A DNA stretch of 64,000 bases from the NCBI GenBank assembly GCA_009914755.4, contig CP068257.2, positions 8,448,001-8,512,000 on the forward strand, given 5' to 3'. The notes under the pieces are model-generated. The model was not told the DNA's origin. It was given only the letters and a program-made list of their open reading frames with translations, and searched no databases. This DNA is from the human T2T-CHM13v2.0 reference genome, Homo sapiens. Below, piece after piece: positions 43,861 through 56,889 of this stretch. The first letter of the stretch is position 1; each line of letters begins with the position of its first letter. Both the position numbers and the translations under genes were made by a program.

Positions 43861-46800
43861 CCCAGAAGCATTCTGAGAAAGTTCTTTATGAGGTGTGCAG
43901 TCAATTCCCAGATTTGAACCTATCTCTTGAATGAGCAGTTTAGAATCTCTCTTTTTGCAGAATCTGCAAGTGTATATTTGGAACGTTTTGAGACCTAATG
44001 TGGGAAAGCAAACATCTACATCTAAAAACTACACAGAAGCATTGTGAAAAACTTTTTTGTTAGGTGTGCATTCAACTCACAGAGTCGAAAATATCTTCTG
44101 ATTGAGCTGTTTTGAATCACTCATTTTGCAGAATCTGCAAGTAGATATTAAAGACCTCTGAGGCCTTCTGTGGAAAAGGAAATATCTTCAGATAAAAACT
44201 ACACAGAAGCATTCTGAAAAACTTCTTTGTGATGTGTGCATTCAACTCAAAGGGTTGAACATATCTTTGGATTGAGCAGTTTTGAATCTCTCTTTTGGCA
44301 GAATCTGCAAGTGGATATTTGGAGACCTTTCAGGCCTACTGTGGAAAAGCAAATATCTTCAAATACAAACTACACAGAAGCATTCTGAGAAACTTCTCTG
44401 TGAGGTGTGCATTCAACGCACAGAGTCGAACCTATCTATTGATTGAGCAGTTTTCAATCTCTCTTTTTATAGAATCTGTAAGTGGATAGTCAGAGCGGTT
44501 TGAGGCCTATTGTGGAAAAGGATGTATCTTCAAATAAAAACTACACAGAAGCATTCTGAGAAACTTCTTTGTGATGTGTCCATTCAACTCACAGAGTTGA
44601 ACTTATCTCTTGATGGAGAAGTTTTGAATCTCTCTTTTTGTAGAATCTTCAAGTGGATATTTGGAGCCCTTTGTGGCCTATGGTGGAAAAGGAAATATCT
44701 TCAAATAAAAACTACACAGAAGCATTCTGAGAAACTTATTTGTGATGTGTGCATTCATCTCACAGGGTTGAACCTATCTTATGATTGAGCAGTTTTGATA
44801 CACTCTTTTTGTATAATGAGCAAATGGATATTTGGAGGGCTTTGAGGCCTACTGTGGAATCACAAATATCTTCACCTAAAAACTACACAAAATCATTCTG
44901 AGAAACTACTTTGTGATGTGTGCATTCAACTGACAGAGTCGAACCTCTCTTTTGATGGAGCAGTTTTGAATCTCTTTTTGCAGAATCTGCAAGTGGATTT
45001 TGGAGAGCTTTGAGGCCTATTGGGGAAAAGCAAATATCTTCATGTAAAAACTACACAGAAGCATTTTGAGAAACTTCTTTGTGATGTGTGCATTCAACTG
45101 ACAGAGTTGAACCTAGCTTTGATTAAACCGTTTTGAATCTCTTTTTTTGTAGAATCTGTGAGTGGATATTTGGAGCCCTTTGTGGCCTATGGTGGAAAAG
45201 GAAATATGTTCACATAAAAACTACACAGAAGCATTCTGAGAAACTTCGTTGTGATGTGTGCATTCATCTCACAGGGTGAACCTACCTTATGATTGAGCAG
45301 TTTTGAAACACACTTTTTGTGGAAATCAGCAAGTGGATATTTGGAGCACTTTGCGGCCAATTGTGGAAAATCAAATATGTTCACATAAAAACTACACAGA
45401 AGCATTCAGAGAAACGTCTTTGTGATGTGAGCATTCACCTCACAGAGTTGATTCTTTCTTTTGATGGAGCAGTTATGAAACACTGTTTTTGTAGAATCTG
45501 CAAGTGGATATTTGGAGCTATATCAGCCCTATTGTGGAAAAGGAAATATCTTCACATAAAAGCTACACAAAAGCATTCTGATAAACTTCTTTGTGATGTG
45601 TGCATTCAATTCACAGAGTTGAACCTATCTTTTGATTGAGCAGTATTGAATCTCCTTTTTTTTTGGAATCTGCAATTGGATATTTGGAGCCCTTTGCAGC
45701 CTATGGTGGAAAAGGAAATACCTTCAAATAAAAACTACACCGAAGCATTCTGAGAAACTTCTTTGTGATGTGTCCATTCATTTCACAGAGTTGATCCTTT
45801 CTTTTTATCCAGCAGTTTTGAAACACTCCTTTTATAGTATCTGCAAGTAGATATTTCGATCACTTTGAGGCCTACCACGGAAAAGCAAATATCTTCACAT
45901 AAAAACTACACAGAAACATTCTGAGAAACTTTTTTGTGATGTGCACATTCATGTCACAGAGTTGAACGTTTCTTTTGATGGAGCAGTTTTGAATCTCCTT
46001 TTTTTTATAATCTGCAATTGGATATTTGGATCCCTTTGCGGCCTATGGTGGAAAAGGAAATACCTTCAAATAAAAACTACACAGAAGCATTCTGAGAAAC
46101 TTCTTTGTGATGTGTGCATTCATTTCACAGAGTTAATCCTTTCTTTGTATTCAGCAGTTTTGAAACACTCCTTTTATAGAATCTGCAAGTAGATATTTGG
46201 AGTGCTTTGAGGCCTACTGTGCTAAAGCAAATATCTTCATCTAAAAACTACACAGAAGCATTCTGAGAAACTTCTTTGTGATGTATGCATTCATCTCATG
46301 GAATTGAACGTTTCTTTCGATTAGGCAGTTTTGAATCTCCCTTTTTGCAGAATCTGCAAGTGGATATTTAAGAGCTTTGAGGCCTATTGTGGAAAAGGAA
46401 ATATCTTCACATAAAAACTACACAGATGCATTCTGAGAAATTTCTTTTTGATGTGTGCATTCATCTCACAGGGTTGAACCTGTCTTATGATTGAAAGGTT
46501 TTGAAACACTGTTTTTGCAGAGCCTGCATGTGGAAATTTTGAGCGCTTTGAGGCCTATTGTGGAAAAGGAAATATGTTCACATAAAAGCTACACAGAAGC
46601 ATTCTGAAAAACGTCTTTGTGATGAGTGCATTCATCTCACAGAGTTGATCCTTTCTTTTTATTCAGCAGTTTTGAAACACTCCTTTTAGAGAATCTGCAA
46701 GTAGATATTTGGAGCGCGTTGAGGCCTACCATGGAAAAGCAAATATCTTCACATAAAAACTACACAGAAATATTCTGAGAAACTTTTTTGTGGTGTACAC

Positions 46801-49800
46801 ATTCATGTCACAGAGTTGAACCTTTCTTTTGATTGAGCAGTTTTGAAAGACTCTGTTTGTAGAATCTGCAAGTGGATATTTGTAGCGATTGAGGCCTGTT
46901 GTGGAAAAGGAAATATCTTCACATAAAAACTACAGAGAAGCATTCTGAGAAACTTCTTTGTGATGTGTGTATTCAACTCACAGAGTTGAACCTATCTGCT
47001 AATTGAGTAGTTTTGAATCTCTCTTTTTGCAGAATCTGAAAGTTGATATTTGGAGAGCTTTGAGGCCTATTGTGGAAAAGGAAATATCTTCACATAGAAA
47101 CTACACAGAAGCATTCTGAGAAACTTCGTTGTGAGGTGTATATTCAAAACACAGAGTCGAACCTATCTTTTGAATGAGCAGCTCTGAATCTCCCTTTATG
47201 CAGAATCTGCAAGTGGATATGTGGAGAGCTTTGAGGCCTATTGCTGAAAAGGAAATATCTTCAAATAAAAACTAAACAGAAGCATTCTGAGAAACTTCTT
47301 TGTGATGTGTGTATTCAAGTCACAGAGTTGAACCTATCTTTAGATTGAACAGTTGTGAATCTTTCTTTTTGTAGAATCTATGAGTGTATATTTGGGGCCC
47401 TTTGCAGCCTATGGTGGAAAAGGAAATATTTTCAAATAAAAACTACACAGAAGCAGTCTGAGAAACTTCGTCATGATGTGTGAATTCATCTCACGGAGTT
47501 GAATCCTTCTTTTGATTGATCAGTTTTGAAACACTCTTTTTGTAGCATCTGCAAGTGGATATTTGGAGCGCTTTGAGCCCTACCGTGGAAAAGCAAATAT
47601 CTTCAAATAAAAACTTCACAGAAGGATTCTGAGAAACTTCTTTGTTATGTGTGCATTCATCTCACAGAGATGAACCTTCCTTTTGATGGAACAGTTTTAA
47701 AACACTCTGTTTGTAGAATCTGCAAGTGAATATTTGGAGCGATTTGAGGCCTATTGTGGAAAAGGATATATCTTCACATAAAAGCTACACAGCAGCATTT
47801 TGAAAAACTTTTTTGTGATGTGTGCATTCAACTCAGAGAGTTGAACCTATCTTTTGATTGGACAGTTTTGAATCTCTCTTTTTGTGCAATCTGCAAGTGG
47901 ATATTTGGAGCCCTTTGTGGCTTATGGTGGAAAAGAAAATATCTTCAAATAAAAACTACACAGAAGCATTCTGAGAAACTTGATTGTGATGTGTGCATTC
48001 ATCTGGCAGGGTTGAACCTTTCTTTTGATTGGGAAGTTTTGAAACACTCTTTTTGCAGAATCTGCAAGTGGATATTTAGAGCGATTTGAGGCCTATTGTG
48101 GAAAAGGAAGTATCTTCACATAAAAATTACACAGAAGCATTCTGAGAAACATCTTTGTGATGTGTGCATTCATTTCACAAGGTTGAACCTATCTTATAAT
48201 TGGACAGATATCTATTTCTCTTTTTGTAGAATCTGCAAGTGGATATTTGGAACCATTTACACTCTATGGTGGAAAGGGAAATATCTTCAAATAAAAACTA
48301 CACAGAAGCATTCTGAGAAAAGTCTTTGTGATCTGTGCATTCATCTCAGTGGGTTGAACCTATCTTATGATAGAGCAGTTTTGAAACACTCTTTATGTAT
48401 AATCAGCAAGTGGATATTATGAGCACTTTGAGGCCTACTTTGGAAAAGCACATATCTTCACCTAAAAACTACACAAAAGCATTCTGAGAAACTTCTTCGT
48501 GATGTGTGAGTTCACCTCACAGAATTGAACCTTTCTTTTGATTGAGCAGTTTTGAAACACTCTTTTTGTAGAATCTGCAAGTGGATATTTGGAGTGATTT
48601 GAGGCCTATTGTGGAAAAGGAAATATCTTCAAATAAAAACTACACAGAAGCATTCTGAGAAACTTCTTTGTGATGTGTGCATTCAACTCAGAGAGTTGAA
48701 CCTATCTTTTGATTGAGCCGTTTTGAATCTCTCTTTTTGTAGAATCTGCAAGTGGATATTTGGAGCCCTTTGTGCTCTTCGGTGGAAAAGGATATATCTT
48801 CAAATAAATACTACACAGAAGCATTCAGAGAAACTTCATTGTGATGAGTGCATTCATCACACAGAGTTGAAACCTTCCTTTGATTGAACAGTTTTGAAAC
48901 ACTCTTTTTGCAGTATCTGCAAGTTGATATTTGGAGAGCTTTGGGGCCCATTGTGGAAAAGGAAATATCTTCAGATAAAAACGACACAGAAGCTTTCTGG
49001 GAAACTTCTTTGTGATGTGTGCATTCAACTCACAGAGTTGAATCTATCTTTGGATTGGGCAGATTTGAATCTCTCTTTTGTAGGATCTGCAAGTCGATAT
49101 TTGGAGCCCTTTGTGGCCTATAATGGAAAAGGAAATATCTTCAAACTGAAACTACACAGAAGCATTCTGAGAAACATCCTTGTGATGTGTGCATTTGTCT
49201 CACAGAATTTAACTGTTCTTTTGATTGAGCTGTTTGGAAACACTCTTTTAGTAGAATCTGCAAGTGGATATTTGGAGCTATTTGAGGCCTATTTTGAAAA
49301 AGGAAATATCTTCACATAAATACTGCGCAGAAGCATTCTGCGAAACTTCTTGTTATGTGTGCATTCAACTCACAGTGTTCACCCTATCTTTTGATTCAGC
49401 ACTTTTAAATCTCTCATTTTGTAGAATCTGCAAGTGGATACTTGGAGTACTTTGTGCCCTATGGTGGAAAATGAAATATCTTCAAATAAAAACTACACAG
49501 AAGCATTCTGGGAAACTTCTTTGAGAAAAATGCATTCACCACACAGAGTTGAAGCTTTCTATTGACTGAGTAGTTTTGAAACACTTTTTTTGTAGAATCT
49601 AGAAGTGAATATGTGAAGGGCTTTGCGGTCTATTTTGGAAAAGGAAATATCTTCGTATAAAAACTACACAGAAGCATTCTGGGAAACTTCCTTGTTATGT
49701 GTGAATTCAACTCATGGATTTGAACCTATCTTTTGACAGAGTAGTTTTGAAACTCTCTTTTGGTAGAATCTGTACGTGGATATTTGGGGCGCTTTGCAGC

Positions 49801-52800
49801 CTATGGTAGAAAACGGAATACCCTCACATAAAATATAGACAGAAGCAATCTGAGAAATTCCTTTACGATGTGTGCATTTATCTCACAGAGTTAAAACTTT
49901 CTCTTGATTGAGCCATTTTGAAACTCTCCTTTCGTAGAATCTGGAAGTGGACATTTGGAGCTCTTAAAGGCCTATGGTGGAAAAGGAAATATCTTCACAT
50001 AAAATCCAGACAGAAGCAATCTGAGAAACTTCTTTGTGATGTTGCATTCATCTCACAGAGTTAAATCTTTTTTTTTGATTGGGGAGATTTGAAACACTCC
50101 TTTTGTAGAATCTGCAAGTGGATATTTGGATCTCTTTGAGGCCCATCGTGGAAAAGGAAGTATCTTCATATAAAAACTAGACAGAAGAATTCTGAGAAAC
50201 ATCTTTGTGATGCATGCGTTCATCTCACAGAGTCAAAAATTTCTTTTGATTGAGCTGTTTGGAAACACACTTTTTGTAGAATCTGCAAGTGGACCTTTGG
50301 AGCGCTTTGAGACCTATGGTAGAAAAGGAAAGATATTCACATAAAATCTAGATAGAGGCAATCTGAGAAAGTTCTTTGTGATGTGTGCATTCATCCCACA
50401 CAGTTAAACCTTTCTTTTGATTCAGTAGTTTTGAAACTCTCTTTTTGTAGAATCTGCAAGTGAATATTTGGAGAGATTTTATACCTATGGTGGAAAAGGA
50501 AATATCTTCACATAAAAACTAGATAGAAGAATTCTGAGACACTTCTTTGTGATGTCTGGATTCATCTCATAGAGCTGAACATTTCTTTTGATTGAGCAGT
50601 TTGGAAACATTCTTTTTGTAGAATCTTCAAGTGGACATTTGGAGTGCTTTGCGATCTATGGTAGAAAAGGAAATATCTTCACATAAAATCTAGATAGAAG
50701 CAATCTGATAAACTCCTTTGTGATATGTGCGTTCATCTCACAGGGTTGAACATTTCTTTTGATGGACCAGATTTGAAACTCTCTTTTTGTAGAATCTGCA
50801 AGTGGACATTTAGAGTGTTTTGTGGCCTATGGTGGAAAATAATGTATCTTCACATAAAAACTAGACAGAAGAATTCTGAGAAACTTCTTTGTGATGCCTG
50901 TGTTCTTCTCACAGATTTGAACCTTCTTTTGATTGAGAAGTTTGGAAACACTCTTTTTGTAGAATCTGCAAGTGGACATTTGGAGTGCGTTGGGGCCTAA
51001 GGTATAAAAGGAAATATCTTCACATAAATTGTAGACAGAAGCAATCTGAGAAACTTCTTTGTGATGTGTGCATTCATCTCACAGAGTTAAAACTTCCTTT
51101 TGATTGAGCTGTTTTGAAACTCTTTTTATAGAATCTGCACGTGGACATTTGGGGCATTTTGAGGCCTACGGTGGAAAAGGAAATATCTTCACATAAAAAC
51201 TAGACAGAAGAATTCTGAGAAACTACTTTGTGATGCGTGCATTCATCTCACAGAGTTGAACCTTTCTTTTTATTGAGCAGTTTGGAAAAACTTTTGTTGT
51301 AGAATCTTCAGGTGGACATTTGGAGTGCTGTGCGGCCTATGCTAGAAAAAGAATTATCCGTACATAAAATCTAGACAGAAGCAATCTGAGAAACTTCTTT
51401 GTTATGTGGGCATTCATCTCACAGAGTTAAACCTTTCTTTTGATAGTGTAGATTTGAAACTCACTTTTTGTAGAATGTGCAAGTAGACATTTCGATTTCT
51501 TTGTGGCCCATGGTACAAAAGGAAATATCATCACATAAAAACTAGACAGAAGAATTCTGAGAAACTTCTTTGTGATGTGTGCGTTCATCTCACAGAGTTG
51601 AAACTTTCTTTTGATTGAGGAGTACAGAAACACTCTTTTTGTAGGATCTGCAAGTGGATATTTGGAGCGCTTTTTGGCCTATGGCAGAAAAGGAAATATC
51701 TTCAGACAAACTCTAGACAAAAGCAATCTGAGAAACTTCTTTGTGATATGTTCATTCATCTGAAAGAGGTAAACCTCTTTTTTTTGATGCAGGAGTTTTG
51801 AAACTCTCTGTAGAATCTGCAAGTGGACATTTGGAGCGCTTTGAGGACTATGGTTGGAAAGGAAATATCTTCAAATAAAAACTAGGCAGAAGAATTCTGA
51901 GAAACGACTTGGTGATGTGTGCATTCATCTGACAGAGTTGAATCTTTCTTTTCATTGAGGAGTTTTGAAACACTCTTTTTGTAGAATCTGCAAGTGGACA
52001 TTTAAAGTGCTTTGCGGCCTATGGTAGAAAAGGAAATATCTTCACATAAAATCTGGACAGAAGCAATCTGAGAAACTTCTTTGTGATGTGTGCATTCAAC
52101 TCACAGAGTTAAAGCTTTGTTTTGATAGAACAGTTTTGAAACTCTCTTTTTGTAGAATCTGCAAGTGGACAATTTGAGCACCTTGAGGCCTCTGGTGGAA
52201 AATGAAATATCTTCACATAAAAACTAGACATAAGAATTCTGGGAAACATCTTTGTGATGTCTGCGTTCATCTTACAGAGTTGAACCTTTCTTTTGATTGA
52301 GGAGTTTGGAAAGAGTCTTTTTGTAGAATCTGAAAATGGATATTTGGAGCGCTTTACGGTCTGTGGCAGAAAAGGAAATATCTTCAGACAAAATCTAGAC
52401 AGAAGCAATCTGAGAAACTTCTTTGTGATGTGTACATTCATCTGAAAGAGGTTAACATGTTTTTTTTGATGCAGGAGTTTTGAAACTCTCTGTAGAATCT
52501 GCAAGTGGACATTTGGAGCGCTTTGAGGCCTATGGTGGGAAAGGAAATATCTTCACATAAAAACTAGACAAAAGAATTCTGTGAAACTTCTTTGTGATGT
52601 GTGCGTTCATCTGACAGAGTTCAATCTTTCTTTTGAATGAGCAGTTTGGAAACATTCTTTTTGTAGAATCTGCAAGTGGACATTTGGAGTGCCTTGTAGC
52701 CTATGATAGAAAAGGAAATATCTTCACATAATATCTAGACAGAAGCAATCTGAGCAACTTCTTTGTGATGTGTGCATTCATCTCACTGAGATAAACTTTT

Positions 52801-53627
52801 ATTTTAATTCAGAAGTTTTGAAACTCTTTTTGTAGAATCTGAAAGTGGACATTTGGAGCGCTTTGAGGCCTATGGTAGAAAAAGAAATATCGTAACATAA
52901 AATCTATACAGAAGAAATCAGAGAAACTTCTTTGTGAAGTGTGCATTCATCTCACAGAGTTGAACCTTTCTTCTGATTGAAGAGCTTTGAAACTCTCTTT
53001 TTGTAGAATCTGGAAGTGGACATTTGGAGTGTTTTGAGGCCTATGGTGGAAAAGGAAATATCTTCACATACAATCTAGACAGAAGCAAGAAGAGAAATTT
53101 CTTTGTGATGTGTGCATTCATCTGACAGAGTTGGACCTTTCTTTTGATGGAGCAGTTTTGAAACTCTCTTTTTGTAGAATCTGAAAGTGGACATTTGGAG
53201 GGTTTTGCAGGCTATGGTAGAAAAGGAAATATCTTCACATAAAATCTAGACCGAAGCAATGGGAGAAACTTCTTTGTGATGTTTGCATTCATCTCACAGA
53301 GGTAAACCTTTCTTTTGGTGGACCAGTTTTGAAAGATTCTTTTGTAGAATCCGCAAGTGGATATTTCGAGTGCCTTGAGGCCTATTTTGGAAAATAAATT
53401 ATCTTCACATAAAAACTAGACAGAAGAACTCCGAGAAACTTTTTTGTGATGCGTGCATTCATCTCACAGAGTTGAACTTTGTTTTGATTGAACAGTTTGG
53501 AAACACTCTTTTTGTAGAATCTGCAAGTGGACATTTGGATCGCTTTGGAGTCTATGGTAGAAAAAGAAATATCTTCACATAAAATCTAGACAGAAGCAAT
53601 CTGAGAAACTACTTTGTGATGTCTGCA
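43861..53627 (+). repeat. Alpha satellite, consensus (+) orientation. It is M-type with irregular local duplications over 43861 to ~49800, then a regular A/B dimeric D-type array (~340-bp period) over ~49800-53627.
   Basis: Starts ...CCACTCCACTA|CCCAGAAGCATTCTGAGAAAGTTCTTTATGAGGTGTGCAGTCAATTCCCAGATTTGAACC... From ~49835, ...CACATAAAATCTAGACAGAAGCAATCTGAGAAAC...GTTAAA.CTTTCTTTTGATTGAG..GTTTTGAAACTCTC... alternates with ...CACATAAAAACTAGACAGAAGAATTCTGAGAAAC...GAGTTGAACCTTTCTTTTGATTGAGCAGTTTGGAAACACTC... Confidence 0.9.
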
Positions 53628-53633
53628 CTAAAA
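53622..53633. other. Second alpha-satellite orientation switch (head-to-head).
   Basis: ...CTGAGAAACTACTTTGTGATGTCTGCA|CTAAAAATGTCCACTTGCAGATTCTACAAAAAGAGTGTTTCAAAACTGCTC... is (+) alphoid up to GATGTCTGCA, then the reverse complement. The break falls at a different monomer phase from the 8450 junction. Confidence 0.85.
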
Positions 53634-56477
53634 ATGTCCACTTGCAGATTCTACAAAAAGAGTGTTTCAAAACTGCTCTATCAAAAGAAATGTTTAACTC
53701 TGTGAGATGAATGCACACATCAGAAATAAGTTTCTCAGATTGCTTCTGTCTATATTCTATGTGAAGATGTTTCCTTTTCTATCATAGGGTGCAAACCGCT
53801 CCAAACGTCCCCTTGCAGATTCTACAAAAAGAGTGTTTCCAAACTGCTCAATCAAAAGAAAGGTTCAAGTCTGTGAGATAAATGCACACATCACAAAGAA
53901 GTTTCTCAGAATTCTTCTGTCTAGTTTTTATGTGAAGATACTTCCTTTTCCACCATAGGCCTCAAAGTGCTCCAAATGTCCACATGCAGATTCAACAAAA
54001 AGAGATTTTCCAATCTGTTCAATCAAAAGAAAGGCTCAACCTTGTGAGATTAACGCACATCACAAAGATGTCTGTCAGAATTCTTCTGTCTAGTTTCTAT
54101 GTGAAGATATTTCCTTTTCCACTCTGGTCCTCAAAGCGCTCCAAATGCTGACTTGCAGATTCTACAAAAACACTATTTCAAAACTGCTCAATCAAAAGAA
54201 AGGTTCAACTCCATGAGATGAATACACACATCACAAAGAAGTTTCTCAGAATTCTTCTGTCTCGTTTTTTGTGAAGATATTTCCTTTTCCACCATAGTTC
54301 TAAAAGCGCTCCAAATGTCCACTTGCAGATTCTACAAAAAGAGAGTTTCAAAACTGCTCAATGAAAAGAAAGATTTAACTCTGTGAGATTAACGCACACA
54401 TCAAATGGAAGTTTCTCAGATTGTTTCTGTCTAGATTTTATGTGAAGATATTTCGTTTTCTACCATAGGCAGCATAGCGCTCCAAATATCCACCTGCAGA
54501 TTGTACAAAAAGAGTGTTTCCAAACTGCTCAATCAAAGAAAGGTTCAACTCTGTGAGATGAACTCACTCATCACAAAGAAGTTTCTCAGAATTATTCTGT
54601 CTGGTTTTTATGTGAAGATATTTCCTTTTCCACCATAGTCCTCAAACTACTCAAAATGACCACTTGCAGATACTACAAAAAGAAAGTTTCAAAACTCCTC
54701 AATCAGGAGAAAGGTTTAACACGGTGAGATGAATGCACACATCAAAAAGAAGTTTCTGATATTGCTTCTGTGTATATTTTATGTGAAGATATTTTCTTTT
54801 CCACTGTAGGCCTCAAAGCTCACCAAATGTCCACTTGCAGATACTACAAAAAGAGTTTCAAAACTACTAACTCAAAAAAAATATTTCACTCTGTGAGAAG
54901 AATGCACACATCAGAAAGATGTTTGCAGACAGCTTTTGTCTAGATTTTATGTGAACATATTTCCTTTTCTACCATAGGCCCCAAAGCGCTCCAAATGTCC
55001 ACTTGCAGATTCTACAAAAAGAAAGTTTCAAAACTGCTCAATCAAAAGAAAGGTTTAATTCTGTGAGATGAATGCACACATCACAAAGATGTTTGCAGAC
55101 TGCTTCTGTCTAGATTTTATGTGAATATATTTCCCTTTCTGCCATGGGCCACAAAGCATTCCAAATGTCCACTTGCATATTCTACAGAAAGAGTGTTTCC
55201 AAACTGCTCAATCAAAAGAAATGTTCACCTCTGTGAGATGAACGCACTCATCACAAAGAAGTTTCTCAGAATTCTTCTGTATAGTTTTTATGTGAAGATA
55301 TTTTATTTTCCACCATAGGCCTCAAGGCTTTCGAAATGTCCACTAGCAGGTTCTACAAAAAGTGTATTTCAAAACTGGTCCTTCAAAAGAAAATTTCAAC
55401 TCTGGGAGATCAATGCACACATCACAAAGAATTTTCTCAGACTGCTTCTGTCTAGAGTTTATGCGAAGATATTTGCTTCTCTACCATTGGCCACAAATCT
55501 CTCCACATGTGCACTTGCAGATTCTACAAAAAGAGTGTTTCTAAACTGCTCAATCTAAAGATAGGTTCAAATCTGTGACATGAATGCACACATCACAAAG
55601 AAGTTTATAAGACTGCTTCTGTCTACATTTTTTGTGGAGACATTTCCTTTTCTACTGCATACCACAATGCGCTCCAAATGTCCACTTGCAGATTCTACAA
55701 AAAGAGTGTTTCCAAACTGTTCAATAAAATGAAAAGTTTAACTCTGTGAGATGAACGCACACATCAGAAAGAAGTTTCCCAGAATTATTCAGTCTAGTTT
55801 TTATGTAAAGATATTTCATTTTCCACCAGAGGCCACAAGGTGCTCAAATTGTCCACTTGCAGATTCTACAAAAAGAGTATTTCAAAACTGTCCATCAAAA
55901 GAAAGGTTCAGCTCTGGGAGATGAATACAAACATCACAAAGAGGTTTCTCAGAATGCTTCTATTTAGTTTTTAAATGAAGATATTTCCTTTTCCACCATA
56001 GGCCTCAAAGCACTCCAAATGTCCACTTGCAGATTCTACAAAAATAGAGTTTAAAAACTGCTCAATTAAAAGAAAGTTTAACTCTGTGAGATGAATGCAC
56101 ACATGAGAAACAAGTTTCTCAGATTGCTTCTGTCTATATTCTATGTGAAGATATTTCCTTTTCTATCATAGGGTGCAAACCGCTCCAAACGTCCCCTTGC
56201 AGATTCTACAAAAAGAGTGTTTCCAAACTGCTCAATCAAAAGAAAGGTTCAAGTCTGTGAGATAAATGCACACATCACAAAGAAGTTTCTCAGAATTCTT
56301 CTGTCTAGTTTTTATGTGAAGATACTTCCTTTTCCACCATAGGCCTCAAAGCGCTCCAAGTGTCCACATGCAGATTCTACAAAAAGAGATTCTCCAAACT
56401 GTTCAATCAAAAGAAAGGCTCAACCTTCTGAGATTAACGCACATCACAAAGATGTCTGTCAGAATTCTTCTGTCTAG

Positions 56478-56875
<398 letters not shown>

Positions 56876-56889
56876 AAAAAGAGCATTTC
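56876..56889. repeat. AluY target-site duplication, right copy (AAAAAGAGCATTTC).
   Basis: Perfect 14/14 match to 56550-56563. Together they reconstitute the alphoid sequence CTACAAAAAGAGCATTTCAAAACTGCTCAATC. Confidence 0.9.
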
